From Bacteroidales bacterium (lineage in GTDB: Bacteria > Bacteroidota > Bacteroidia > Bacteroidales > VadinHA17): a stretch of DNA of 55,602 nucleotides. Under the pieces are notes generated by a model. That model made no database searches, was not told where the DNA came from, and saw only the letters and a program-made list of their open reading frames with translations. This document shows, one piece after another, positions 10,410 through 21,134 of the stretch (its first letter is position 1; each line of letters opens with the position of its first letter). Location of the stretch: assembly GCA_025358645.1 (NCBI GenBank), contig JANYIW010000321.1, positions 1 through 55,602 of the forward strand, in the 5' to 3' direction. Made by a program: the position numbers and the translations under genes.

Positions 10410-12263
10410 ATGGGTAAAAAATCAGAAGCTATCGAAAGAGAAGAAGTAGTTATTCGTTTCTCGGGCGATTCAGGTGATGGTATGCAGTTGACTGGTACTC
10501 TATTCTCTGACACAGCTGCCTTATTCGGTAACGATTTATCGACTTTTCCTGACTATCCTGCTGAGATACGCGCCCCACAGGGAACTGTTGGAGGCGTTTC
10601 GGGCTTTCAGGTTCATCTGGGCCATTCGGAAATAAACACACCCGGAGATTTTTCTGATGTTCTGGTAGCAATGAATCCGGCTGCCCTCAAAGCAAATGCT
10701 AAATGGATCAAACCAGGTGGAACCATTATATATGATGAAGGCAACTTTACTGAGAAAAACATTGAGAAAGCCGGTTATAAAAAAAATCCGATATCAGAGG
10801 AAAATCTTGAAAATCATAATGTTATCGCAGCACCTATTTCTTCAATGGTGAAAGAAGCCCTTAAAGACTATGGTCTTGATCCAAAATCTGTTCTGAGGAC
10901 AAAAAATATGTTTGCATTGGGAATGGTTTATTGGCTGTTCGACCGTAAGCTCAAGTATACAGAAGATTACTTTGAGAAGAAGTTCAGAAATAAACCGGGC
11001 ATGGCTGAAGCAAATAAAGTTGCTTTACGAGCGGGGTATTACTATGCTGAAACTATCGAGGCTTTAACTCCTACATATAAAATTCTTCCTGCCGAGATTG
11101 CGAAAGGTACATACCGGAATATTAATGGAAATACGGCAACTGCCTGGGGTTTCATGGCTGCAGCCGAAAAAGCAGGATTGGAACTGTTTATTGGTTCATA
11201 TCCTATCACCCCGGCAACTGGAATCCTTGAAGAGCTGGCTGCCCGTAAAGATCTGGGTGTTAAAAGCTTCCAGGCTGAGGATGAGATAGCCGGAATCTGT
11301 ACTTCACTCGGAGCAAGTTTTGCAGGCAACCTGGCTGTTACCTCAACTTCCGGCCCGGGACTTTCGCTTAAATCCGAGGCAATCGGACTGGCTGTGATGG
11401 CTGAACTTCCGATTGTAATTGTGAATGTTCAGAGAGCAGGTCCTTCAACAGGACTTCCTACAAAGACTGAGCAGGCTGATCTGATGCAGGCTCTTTACGG
11501 CCGTAATGGAGAATGTCCTGTTGTAGTAATCGCTTCAAGTACACCTTCTGACTGTTTCCATTTTGCCTTTGAAGCAGCAAGAATTGCCCTGGAACACATG
11601 ACACCGGTATTACTTCTCTCCGACAGTTATCTGGCAAATGGTACAGAACCATGGAGAATTCCGGAAATGAAAGATCTTCCAAAAATCAATCCTCCGTTTG
11701 CTGACAGAACTGAAATCCCGTTTTTACCTTATAAACGTGATAATGACAAACTTGCAAGGTCATGGGCAGTACCGGGCATTCCTGGTCTGGAACACAGGAT
11801 AGGGGGACTGGAGAAAACAGACAAAGGAACGGTATCGTATGTTCCTGAAAATCACGAATATATGGTTAGGCTCAGAGCAGAGAAAGTTGAGAGAGTTGCC
11901 AATGAAATTCCCGGACTCGAAGTTTATGGTGCGAAATCAGGTGATATTCTGGTGGTTGGCTGGGGCGGATCTTATGGATACCTGTTAACTGCTGTCCGGG
12001 AATTACAGGATGAAGGTCATAAAGTGAGTCTGGCTAATTTCAATTTCATCAATCCTTTGCCAAAAAACGTAAAAAATGTATTCAGTCAATTCAAAAAGAT
12101 TGTGGTTTGCGAATTAAACATGGGTCAATTTGCTGACTATCTGCGTATTAAACATCAGGAATTCTCCTATGAACAACTTAATAAAATTCAGGGTCTCCCG
12201 TTTACGATAAATGATATTAAAGAAAAATGTATAAAAATACTGGAGGATAATCAAAATGGCTGA
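10410..12263 (+). CDS. korA: 2-oxoacid:ferredoxin oxidoreductase alpha subunit (gamma-alpha fusion)
   Basis: GDSGDGMQL, YPITPA, QAEDE, QRAGPSTGLPT. Confidence 0.9.
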   Translation: MGKKSEAIEREEVVIRFSGDSGDGMQLTGTLFSDTAALFGNDLSTFPDYPAEIRAPQGTVGGVSGFQVHLGHSEINTPGDFSDVLVAMNPAALKANAKWIKPGGTIIYDEGNFTEKNIEKAGYKKNPISEENLENHNVIAAPISSMVKEALKDYGLDPKSVLRTKNMFALGMVYWLFDRKLKYTEDYFEKKFRNKPGMAEANKVALRAGYYYAETIEALTPTYKILPAEIAKGTYRNINGNTATAWGFMAAAEKAGLELFIGSYPITPATGILEELAARKDLGVKSFQAEDEIAGICTSLGASFAGNLAVTSTSGPGLSLKSEAIGLAVMAELPIVIVNVQRAGPSTGLPTKTEQADLMQALYGRNGECPVVVIASSTPSDCFHFAFEAARIALEHMTPVLLLSDSYLANGTEPWRIPEMKDLPKINPPFADRTEIPFLPYKRDNDKLARSWAVPGIPGLEHRIGGLEKTDKGTVSYVPENHEYMVRLRAEKVERVANEIPGLEVYGAKSGDILVVGWGGSYGYLLTAVRELQDEGHKVSLANFNFINPLPKNVKNVFSQFKKIVVCELNMGQFADYLRIKHQEFSYEQLNKIQGLPFTINDIKEKCIKILEDNQNG

Positions 12264-13281
12264 AACACAGGTATATAAGTATACTCCGAAAGATTTTAAG
12301 AGCGATCAGGAAGTAAGATGGTGTCCGGGTTGCGGTGACCACGCAGTTCTGAGTTCAGTTCAAAAAGCTCTGGTTGAACTGGGGATACCCAAAGAGAGGT
12401 TTGCATTTATTTCTGGAATAGGTTGTTCATCAAGGTTTCCATATTACATGAATACTTATGGATTTCATAGTATCCACGGACGTGCAGCTGCAATAGCTTC
12501 AGGTGTTAAAACTGCCAATCCGGAATTGTCTGTGTGGCAGATTACCGGCGATGGCGATGCACTCGCGATCGGAGGTAATCACTTTATTCATGCTATCCGA
12601 CGCAATATCGATATTAATATCATATTGTTTAATAATGAGATATATGGTCTCACCAAAGGCCAGTATTCGCCCACATCCACAAAAGGACTGGTAACAAAAA
12701 CTTCTCCTTTTGGAACAGTTGAAGAACCCTTTTCTGTAGGGGAGCTTGTAATCGGTGCAAAAGGTAAATTCTTTGCCCGCACAATCGACACTAATATTGC
12801 ATTATCGACTCAGATTTATATCGAGGCTGCAAAACATAAAGGAACTTCAGTTATTGAAGTGCTTCAGAACTGCGTTATCTTTAATGATGGAATCCACGAC
12901 ACTATAGCTGAAAAAGAGGTAAGAGACGACAGAACTCTGATCCTCAAACATGGTCAGCCGATGACCTTCGGAAAGAATAATGAAAAGGGTCTGATACTTG
13001 AGGGTTGCAGGAGATTGAAGGCTGTTAATCTCGGAGAAGATGGAATAACTGAAAAGAATATTCTTGTTCATGACGCTTTTGAACCTAACCCTGGAATCCA
13101 GTATATGCTGGCTAATATGAAATACCCTGAATATCCTGTAGCTCTGGGAGTTATAAGATCTGTTGATGGGCCTACTTATGACATATCTGTGCAGGAACAG
13201 ATTGAGGGAATAAAAAAGACTGCAAAAATAAAATGTATGGATGACCTGCTTAAGAGTGGATCAACCTGGAGCGTAGGGTAG
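12256..13281 (+). CDS. korB: 2-oxoacid:ferredoxin oxidoreductase beta subunit
   Basis: WCPGCG, GIGCS, GDGD..N TPP motif, YGLTKGQ.SPT. Confidence 0.9.
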   Translation: MAETQVYKYTPKDFKSDQEVRWCPGCGDHAVLSSVQKALVELGIPKERFAFISGIGCSSRFPYYMNTYGFHSIHGRAAAIASGVKTANPELSVWQITGDGDALAIGGNHFIHAIRRNIDINIILFNNEIYGLTKGQYSPTSTKGLVTKTSPFGTVEEPFSVGELVIGAKGKFFARTIDTNIALSTQIYIEAAKHKGTSVIEVLQNCVIFNDGIHDTIAEKEVRDDRTLILKHGQPMTFGKNNEKGLILEGCRRLKAVNLGEDGITEKNILVHDAFEPNPGIQYMLANMKYPEYPVALGVIRSVDGPTYDISVQEQIEGIKKTAKIKCMDDLLKSGSTWSVG

Positions 13282-13310
13282 ACTAATCTGATCCTATAGA
13301 GATTCTGCCA

Positions 13311-16300
13311 ATGGATGAATCGATACAAAATACTCCTGAATATAACCGCTTACTGCATGATCAAGGTGAGCGTTTAAAGGAGTTGGCTTGTATAAACCGG
13401 ACAACATCAATTCTGAAAGAGTTTAAGCCAATAGAAGAATCACTTCAGCAAATAGTACTTCTTTTACCGGCAGCCTGGCAATACCCTGAATATACAGTGG
13501 CGCGAATCAGATTCATGGGAAAGGATTTTGAAACTGTTGATTTCCTCGAAACAAACTGGAGGATGGTTCAGGAGTTTTCCACTATAGACAATGAAAAAGG
13601 ATCAATAGAAATCTATTACACAACTGAATTCAATGCTGAAACTGAGGGCCCTTTTCTTAAGGAGGAGAGAGATCTGATCCTGAATATCGGAAGTCTACTG
13701 ACCGGCTATATAAACAGCTATAAAGCGAGGGATATCATCAGGTTATCGCAGGCCACGCAAAAGGATGATGAAGAGATTAATGAACTTTCCAGCAGGCAGC
13801 TTCTCCAGAAGTTTCTCGACAGGCATAATGCTGAAAGAGATGTCTTTCACGATCTTATGCCCTTTAAAGTAAAGGAGATCCTCCTTGTTGCAAATTTATA
13901 TGATGCATACTCTATTGAGGGAGAGGGACGGTTTTCCGACCACATGCTTGGGGAATATTATCAGATGAGTCTTACATCAATCCCAAGGGTTACTGGAGTT
14001 TCGGGGGAAGATGAAGCATTTGCAAGATTAAAAGCCAGGCACTACGATCTGATCATCATAATGATCGGTGTTGATAAAGAAAGCCCGATGATTCTCTGTA
14101 AAAAAATCAAGGAGAAATATCCCTATATCCCAACGTTTCTTCTGCTTAACAACCCGGGTGATGTAATTTTCGTAAAAAGGCAAAAAACACTGGGTATTCC
14201 TTTTGATAATTACTTTGTATGGACTGGCGAATCAAAGGTTTTCTTTGCAATGGTAAAACTACTTGAAGACAAGGTAAATGTGGATAACGATACAAAAAAA
14301 GGACTGACCAGGGTAATCCTGATAGTTGAAGATTCTGCAGAGTATTATTCAAGCTATCTGCCTATGCTCTATACTCTCGTAATGGAACAGACAAAAAACC
14401 TTATCGAGGATGTATCAACTGATGAATTGTATAAGGTATTGAAACTCAGGGCACGACCTAAAATACTCCTCGCGTCTGATTATGAGGATTCAATCACAAT
14501 TTATAATAAGTATAAGGATAGTCTGTTATGTGTCATTTCTGATATGCGGTTTCCAAAAAACGGCATACTGAATGATACAGCAGGATTTGACCTTATTAAG
14601 CATATTAAAAAAGACCTGCCTAATCTTCCTTCCGTACTTCAGTCGTCAGATCCGGGAAATGCAAGGTATGCCCATTCGCTGAAATCGAATTTTATAAATA
14701 AAAACTCGGAAAGCCTGCTACAGGATCTTAAGTCATTCATTAATTATTATCTTGGATTTGGCCACTTTGTTTACAGAGACACGAAAGGACGTCAGATCGC
14801 GGTGGCTAAATCGATGAAAGAGTTTGAAGCCTACCTTGAGACTGTCCCTGAAGACTCACTCGTTTATCATTCCATGAAAAATCATTTCTCGCTCTGGCTG
14901 ATGGCAAGAGGAGAGGTGAAAATTGCCAAAATGATAAATCCGATAGTAGTATCCGATTTCAACAGTCTTAAAGAACTCCGTGAATTCCTCATCGATATTA
15001 TCCGTAAGCGGCGAAGAGAAATGAACAAGGGAAAGGTTGTTAATTTTGACGAATCCCTGGTAATTGATGAGACAAATGTAGTAAGTCTTTCAGGAGGATC
15101 ACTTGGGGGGAAAGGCCGTGGTCTGGCATTCGTTAATACCCTTATATATAGTTTTGAGCTTGGTCGACTTTTACCGGGGATTAATATCAAAACACCTGTG
15201 ACCGCAATAATAGGAACAGATGAGTTTGATATGTTCATGGAACGAAATCATTTGTGGGACAAGGTAAAAAATGAGAAAGACTTCAATATACTTCAAAAAT
15301 TATTCCTTGAGGGAAACCTGAGTTATACTCTCGAAAAGGAGCTAAGGATTTTTATCAGACTTATAAATAAACCTCTGGCAGTAAGATCTTCCAGCCTTTT
15401 CGAAGATTCGATGAGCCAGCCATTCTCAGGTATATTCAGAACCTATCTCCTTCCGAATAATCATTCTGATCCGGATATAAGGCTGAAGCAGTTATCAGAA
15501 GCTATCAAACTGGTGTTTTCTTCTATATATTCAAGAAATGCACGTACTTATTTCGAAGCTATTAATTATAAAGTTGAACAGGAGAAGATGGCTGTGGCGA
15601 TACAGGAAGTTGTGGGGAACAGGTTTGAAGATGCATTTTATCCACATATAAGCGGAACTGCACAGTCATTCAATTTTTACCCGGTGGCTCACATGACCCC
15701 CCCGGACGGGTTTGCTGTTTTGGCCGTCGGACTCGGACATTATGTTGTTGAGGGCGAGAGAGCATTCAGATTTTCACCGGCATATCCCTCACTCGATATC
15801 ATCTCGCAAAAAGACCTTTATAAAAACTCACAGGTCATTTTCTATGCTGTTGATATGGCAAAAAAAGAACTTAATCTGCTCGAAGGGGAAAATGCCGGAC
15901 TTGTGAGACTCGATATCAGTCAGGCTGAAAAGCATGGAACACTCGGGCACTCTGCTTCAGTATTGAGCGTAGATAATGATACTATAGTTCCCGGGCTGGA
16001 CGCCTTCGGTCCAAGAGTAATAAATTTTGCAGACATTTTAAAATATGACTATATCCCTCTCGCATCTACTCTTAAGGTTGTGCTGGACGTTGTTACAGAA
16101 GCATTTGGCACCCCGGTCGAGATTGAGTTCGCGGTTGACCTTACAAAAGACAAGGATGGAAAAGCTTCATTTTATCTGTTACAGATAAAACCACTCGTTG
16201 GTGCTGGCGCTGGCTATTCAATTGACCCCGAAAGTATTATAAATGAAGATACTGTGCTTATTACAAGGAAAAGTATGGGTAACGGAGTAATTAACGATAT

Positions 16301-16757
16301 CACAGATTTCATATATGTGGAACCTGATAAGTTCAATAGCTCATTTACTAACGAGATGGCCGAAGAAATTGATTTGATGAACGAAAAGATGCTTTTGGAA
16401 AACCGCAGATATGTCCTTCTGGGACCAGGTAGATGGGGGACAAGAGACAAATTTCTGGGAATTCCGGTCGTTTGGCCCCAGATTTCAAATGCTAAAATCA
16501 TTGTTGAAGTCGGATTGCCTGAATTCCATGTAGATGCATCGCTGGGATCTCACTTTTTCCATAATGTCACATCTATGAATGTTGGATATTTTTCGATTAA
16601 CCATGGGTCAAACGATGGAACAATTATATGGGATAAACTAAAGAAACAAAAAGTAATTGAAAATGGGAAATTCTTCCGTCATATCCGCTTTGAGAAACCT
16701 CTTTTAATACGCATGGATGGGAAAAAAGGTATGGCTGTAATCTCTATGAATAATTAA
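13311..16757 (+). CDS. Receiver-domain / PEP-pyruvate-binding (PPDK_N ATP-grasp) protein with extra N-terminal GAF-like domain
   Basis: GGKGRGL, LAVRSSSLFED, EIEFA, LQIKP; receiver VED..VISDMRFP; C-terminal SLGSHFF. Confidence 0.8.
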   Translation: MDESIQNTPEYNRLLHDQGERLKELACINRTTSILKEFKPIEESLQQIVLLLPAAWQYPEYTVARIRFMGKDFETVDFLETNWRMVQEFSTIDNEKGSIEIYYTTEFNAETEGPFLKEERDLILNIGSLLTGYINSYKARDIIRLSQATQKDDEEINELSSRQLLQKFLDRHNAERDVFHDLMPFKVKEILLVANLYDAYSIEGEGRFSDHMLGEYYQMSLTSIPRVTGVSGEDEAFARLKARHYDLIIIMIGVDKESPMILCKKIKEKYPYIPTFLLLNNPGDVIFVKRQKTLGIPFDNYFVWTGESKVFFAMVKLLEDKVNVDNDTKKGLTRVILIVEDSAEYYSSYLPMLYTLVMEQTKNLIEDVSTDELYKVLKLRARPKILLASDYEDSITIYNKYKDSLLCVISDMRFPKNGILNDTAGFDLIKHIKKDLPNLPSVLQSSDPGNARYAHSLKSNFINKNSESLLQDLKSFINYYLGFGHFVYRDTKGRQIAVAKSMKEFEAYLETVPEDSLVYHSMKNHFSLWLMARGEVKIAKMINPIVVSDFNSLKELREFLIDIIRKRRREMNKGKVVNFDESLVIDETNVVSLSGGSLGGKGRGLAFVNTLIYSFELGRLLPGINIKTPVTAIIGTDEFDMFMERNHLWDKVKNEKDFNILQKLFLEGNLSYTLEKELRIFIRLINKPLAVRSSSLFEDSMSQPFSGIFRTYLLPNNHSDPDIRLKQLSEAIKLVFSSIYSRNARTYFEAINYKVEQEKMAVAIQEVVGNRFEDAFYPHISGTAQSFNFYPVAHMTPPDGFAVLAVGLGHYVVEGERAFRFSPAYPSLDIISQKDLYKNSQVIFYAVDMAKKELNLLEGENAGLVRLDISQAEKHGTLGHSASVLSVDNDTIVPGLDAFGPRVINFADILKYDYIPLASTLKVVLDVVTEAFGTPVEIEFAVDLTKDKDGKASFYLLQIKPLVGAGAGYSIDPESIINEDTVLITRKSMGNGVINDITDFIYVEPDKFNSSFTNEMAEEIDLMNEKMLLENRRYVLLGPGRWGTRDKFLGIPVVWPQISNAKIIVEVGLPEFHVDASLGSHFFHNVTSMNVGYFSINHGSNDGTIIWDKLKKQKVIENGKFFRHIRFEKPLLIRMDGKKGMAVISMNN

Positions 16758-16767
16758 TAAAAAACCT

Positions 16768-19737
16768 ATGACCATTATTGAGGGAATACTGGATCTTCAG
16801 CAATATGATTTTACCGATACATCTTTCGACCTTCTGATGCAGAAGAGAATACATCGCGTACTTGTTATTTGCAGTAACTATGATAACTACATGCTGGAGG
16901 AAGACGGGAGAATTGATGAACAGATTTTTAATGAGTATGCATCGCTTAATTTACGGTATCCTCCGACATTTGTTCAGACTGATAATGCAGAAGATGCATT
17001 CAGAATACTTCAGGATGGTAATATTGATCTGGTAATATCAATGCTAAGCCTCAAAGGTACCGATGTCTTCGCCCTGGCAAAGAGAATCAAAACAAAATAT
17101 GAAAACATTCCAATTGTAGTGCTCACCTACTTTTCGAGAGAGGTATCTCTGCGACTTGAAGGGGAGGACCTTAGTGCAATTGATTATGTTTTTTGCTGGC
17201 TGGGAGATGCATCTCTCATCTTGGCCATTATCAAATTGATAGAGGATAAAATGAATGCTGATTATGATATAGAGCATATCGGTGTTCAGGCTATAATACT
17301 GGTCGAAAACTCAATCAGGTATATTTCATCTTACCTTCCGAATATTTATCGGATTGTACTTCTGCAATCGCTTGATTTTCAGCGTGAAGCATTGAACGAG
17401 CATCAAAGAATGCTTAAAATGAGAGGCCGGCCTAAGATTCTGCTTGCAAACAATTTCAATGATGCCCGTGATCTTTACAAAAAGTATAAATATAATGTCC
17501 TGGGTGTTATTTCAGATATAAGTTATAAGAGAGATAATATAACAGATGAAAACGCCGGCATCGAATTATGTAAGGTTGTTATGGCGGACGATGACAAAGT
17601 ACCCTTTCTGATTCAATCATCAAGTACTACACATAAGAAGATAGCAGAAGATCTTGGAGCAGGATTTATTAATAAGTATTCCAAATCATTGTCTCTGGAA
17701 TTAAGGAACTTCATTATACAGAATCTCGCTTTCGGTCCCTTTGTATTCAGGAATCCTGTCACACTCGAACCAATAGCCATTGCCACTGACCTACAGAGCC
17801 TTCAACAGAAATTACTGACAATCCCCGACAATACGCTTGAGTACCATGCCACACGAAATCATTTTTCCAAATGGCTGAATGCCAGAGCGCTCTTCCCCGT
17901 TGCCCAGATGTTCAAATACATCCGGCAGGAGGATTTTCAAACAATGGATGAGATGCGACGCTTCCTTTATATCGCAATTTCAAGCTTCAGACTGGGGAAA
18001 GGCAGAGGAGTAATTGCGAAATTTGATAAGACAAGCTTTGATGAGTACCAGGTCTTTTCACGTATCGGTGAAGGATCAATCGGAGGCAAAGCAAGAGGGC
18101 TGGCGTTTATTAATAGTATAATCAAAAACAGTAAGCTGTTTAATAAATTTCCAGACGTGCTTATTTCTATTCCACGTACAGTCGTTTTAAGCACGGATAT
18201 CTTCGATGAGTTTATGGATCAGAATAATCTCTATTCGATAGCATTATCTGACCTTACTGATGATGAGATCCTTAACAGATTCATTAATGCTGAACTGCCA
18301 GGACATGTGTACCAGGATTTTTATGCATTCCTTGCAGTTTCAAAAAATTATCCAATCGCGGTCCGCTCTTCGAGTAAACTGGAAGATTCACACTATCAGC
18401 CGTTTGCCGGAATCTATTCGACTTATATGATTCCACGGTGTGCTGATAATAAACAGATGGTTAAGATGCTGTCCGATGCCATCAAAGAGGTTTATGCTTC
18501 GGTATATTATAAGGCCAGCAAAGCCTATATGACTGCTACTGCGAATGTAATTGATGAAGAGAAGATGGGAATCATCCTGCAGGAGGTTTGTGGCAACAGG
18601 CATGGGGAAATATTTTACCCTACACTTTCAGGAGTTGCAAGATCAATAAATTATTATCCCATAGGTTCTGAAAAAGCTGAAGATGGCATTGTGAACATTG
18701 CATTTGGCCTCGGGAAACTGATTGTTGAGGGTGGATTATCTCTCAGGTTTTCTCCAAAATACCCTAAAAAAATACTTCAGCTCTCATCTCCTAAAGCAGC
18801 ATTACAGGATTCCCAGAAAGAGTTTTGTGCTCTGGATCTGAATATCAATAGCTTTGTCCCGTCAACGGATGACGGAGTTAATATACTTAAGATTGATATT
18901 AAGGATCTTGACAATGATACAGCCCTAAGATATATTGCTTCAACTTATGACAGGAACAATAATGTTCTTCGGGATGGAATCAGTCAAAAGGGGAAACGGG
19001 TAATAACTTTTTCAAATATACTTCAGCATAAGACATTCCCTCTCGCGGAAATTTTAAGTACCCTCCTTGAGATTGGACAACAGGAGATGAATAACCCTAT
19101 TGAAATTGAATTTGCTGCCAATCTGGAAACACCGGCGGGTACTCCGAAAATATTCAACTTTCTACAGATAAGACCGATAGTTCAAACTGAAGAGGCACAT
19201 AGCATTAATCTCGATCATATAAAACAAGAAGAAACCATAATTTATTCTGAATCAGCACTCGGGAATGGCCTTTTTAGGGGTATCAATGACCTTGTTTATG
19301 TCAGACCCGAATCTTTTAATCCAGCCAATAATAAAAATATTGCAATTGAAATTGAAAAGATAAATACTTTATTTGTAAAACAGGGGAAGGGATATATACT
19401 TATTGGTCCGGGCAGATGGGGCTCAGTTGATCCCTGGCTTGGAATCCCGGTTAAGTGGCCGCAAATTTCGGCAGCCAGAATCATTATTGAATCGGGTTTA
19501 AAGAATTACAGGATAGATCCGAGTCAGGGAACACATTTCTTTCAAAACCTCACTTCATTCAGAGTTGGATATTTTACCATTAATCCCTATATCAACGAAG
19601 GTTATTATGATGTTGATTTTCTGAATAAACAAAATGTTGTTTATGAAGATAGCTTCATCAGGCATGTCAGGTTTGATAATCCACTTGAAATAATGATTGA
19701 TGGTAAGAAACACAGAGGAGTAATTTTGAAACCTTAA
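16768..19737 (+). CDS. Receiver-domain / PEP-pyruvate-binding (PPDK_N ATP-grasp) protein, paralog 2
   Basis: GGKARGL, IAVRSSSKLED, EIEFA, LQIRP, GPGRWG, PSQGTHFFQN. Confidence 0.8.
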   Translation: MTIIEGILDLQQYDFTDTSFDLLMQKRIHRVLVICSNYDNYMLEEDGRIDEQIFNEYASLNLRYPPTFVQTDNAEDAFRILQDGNIDLVISMLSLKGTDVFALAKRIKTKYENIPIVVLTYFSREVSLRLEGEDLSAIDYVFCWLGDASLILAIIKLIEDKMNADYDIEHIGVQAIILVENSIRYISSYLPNIYRIVLLQSLDFQREALNEHQRMLKMRGRPKILLANNFNDARDLYKKYKYNVLGVISDISYKRDNITDENAGIELCKVVMADDDKVPFLIQSSSTTHKKIAEDLGAGFINKYSKSLSLELRNFIIQNLAFGPFVFRNPVTLEPIAIATDLQSLQQKLLTIPDNTLEYHATRNHFSKWLNARALFPVAQMFKYIRQEDFQTMDEMRRFLYIAISSFRLGKGRGVIAKFDKTSFDEYQVFSRIGEGSIGGKARGLAFINSIIKNSKLFNKFPDVLISIPRTVVLSTDIFDEFMDQNNLYSIALSDLTDDEILNRFINAELPGHVYQDFYAFLAVSKNYPIAVRSSSKLEDSHYQPFAGIYSTYMIPRCADNKQMVKMLSDAIKEVYASVYYKASKAYMTATANVIDEEKMGIILQEVCGNRHGEIFYPTLSGVARSINYYPIGSEKAEDGIVNIAFGLGKLIVEGGLSLRFSPKYPKKILQLSSPKAALQDSQKEFCALDLNINSFVPSTDDGVNILKIDIKDLDNDTALRYIASTYDRNNNVLRDGISQKGKRVITFSNILQHKTFPLAEILSTLLEIGQQEMNNPIEIEFAANLETPAGTPKIFNFLQIRPIVQTEEAHSINLDHIKQEETIIYSESALGNGLFRGINDLVYVRPESFNPANNKNIAIEIEKINTLFVKQGKGYILIGPGRWGSVDPWLGIPVKWPQISAARIIIESGLKNYRIDPSQGTHFFQNLTSFRVGYFTINPYINEGYYDVDFLNKQNVVYEDSFIRHVRFDNPLEIMIDGKKHRGVILKP

Positions 19738-19801
19738 AAGTATCTGGAGTACCTGAGGAACTTATAGTTTGGAGTTAAAATTTATGAAAAAATAAACTAT
19801 T

Positions 19802-20209
19802 ATGGAAACAGCAAAAACAAAATACATTGGAGATCTGAGAACTGAAATAGTACATACAAAATCCGGAAGTGTCATTACAACCGATGCACCTGCCGATAAT
19901 AAGGGAAAAGGTGAGAACTTTTCCCCGACAGATATGGTTGCTTCTGCACTCGGGAGCTGTATCTTTACCATAATGGGTATTGCAGCCAGAGAACATTCAT
20001 TCTCAATTGATGGCAGTAAATGCAGGATAACAAAAATCATGAATGAAAACCCGCGAAAGATCGGGGAGATCAGAATTGAATTCGACTTTACCGGGAATGT
20101 ATATTCTGATAAACAGAAAAAAATCCTGGATTATTGCGTAAAAACGTGCCCGGTTGCATTGTCTCTTAATGAATCTGTATTTCAGAATGTAACGTTGTTA
20201 TTCAAATAA
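19802..20209 (+). CDS. OsmC family protein
   Basis: TDAP.DN.GKG..FSPTD..A.ALGSC, CPV. Confidence 0.9.
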   Translation: METAKTKYIGDLRTEIVHTKSGSVITTDAPADNKGKGENFSPTDMVASALGSCIFTIMGIAAREHSFSIDGSKCRITKIMNENPRKIGEIRIEFDFTGNVYSDKQKKILDYCVKTCPVALSLNESVFQNVTLLFK

Positions 20210-20242
20210 GACCATAGCAGTATAACATCATAATGTTATCTT

Positions 20243-21124
20243 TCAGAACGATGCGCTCTCTGTGACAACATCTCTGTTTACTTTTTTAATCAGTGCTGAT
20301 AATACACATCCCGGACCCACTTCAACAAATGATGTTGCACCACCGGATATCATATTGATTACGCTTTGTGTCCATCGTACAGGTGAAGTGAGTTGTGAAA
20401 CAAGGTTTAATTTTATAATTTCAGGATCGATACATGGATTTGCATTAACATTCTGATAAACAGGACATATCGGTTTGTGGAAGATGGTATTTCTGATTGC
20501 TTCTTCAAGTTCCATGCGTGCAGGTTCCATGAGAGGTGAATGGAAAGCCCCACCAACGGAGAGTTTAATTGCTCTTTTTGCACCTTTTTCTTTGAGTATT
20601 TCTATTGCCTTATCAATACCGTCAAATGAACCGGATATTACAATCTGTCCGGGACTGTTGTAATTTGCAGGAACAACAACCTCCTTTACAGAAGCACAAA
20701 CCTCCTCAACGATCTTATCATCCAGCCCAAGAATTGCAGCCATGGTTGAAGGTGTCTTTTCACATGCTTTCTGCATAGCTCTTGCCCTTTTTGATACCAG
20801 AATAAGTCCATCGCTGAAAGTGAGTGTTTTATTTGCAACCAGTGCTGAGAACTCACCAAGTGAATGGCCTGCAACCATATCGGGTTTGAATGAATCGCCA
20901 AGTAAGGCAGCTAGAATTGTAGAATGGAGAAATATTGCCGGTTGGGTAACCTTTGTCTGTTTCAGATCTTCATCGGTACCGGTAAACATAAGATCAGTAA
21001 TCCGGAATCCAAGTATTGAATTGGCCTTTTCGAACATATCTTTTGCCAGGCTTGATTTGTCATAAAGATCCTTACCCATTCCGATAAACTGAGCTCCCTG
21101 TCCGGGAAAAACGTATGCTTTCAT
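20243..21124 (-). CDS. fabD: Malonyl-CoA:ACP transacylase
   Basis: FPGQGAQ, GHSLGE, AFHS; start at ATG 21124. Confidence 0.97.
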   Translation of the reverse strand: MKAYVFPGQGAQFIGMGKDLYDKSSLAKDMFEKANSILGFRITDLMFTGTDEDLKQTKVTQPAIFLHSTILAALLGDSFKPDMVAGHSLGEFSALVANKTLTFSDGLILVSKRARAMQKACEKTPSTMAAILGLDDKIVEEVCASVKEVVVPANYNSPGQIVISGSFDGIDKAIEILKEKGAKRAIKLSVGGAFHSPLMEPARMELEEAIRNTIFHKPICPVYQNVNANPCIDPEIIKLNLVSQLTSPVRWTQSVINMISGGATSFVEVGPGCVLSALIKKVNRDVVTESASF

Positions 21125-21134
21125 AATAAGTTGT

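Noticed and set aside
13311-19737. Annotation as true PEP synthase (ppsA)
   Set aside because: No C-terminal pyruvate-binding barrel and no canonical T.HAA swivel motif
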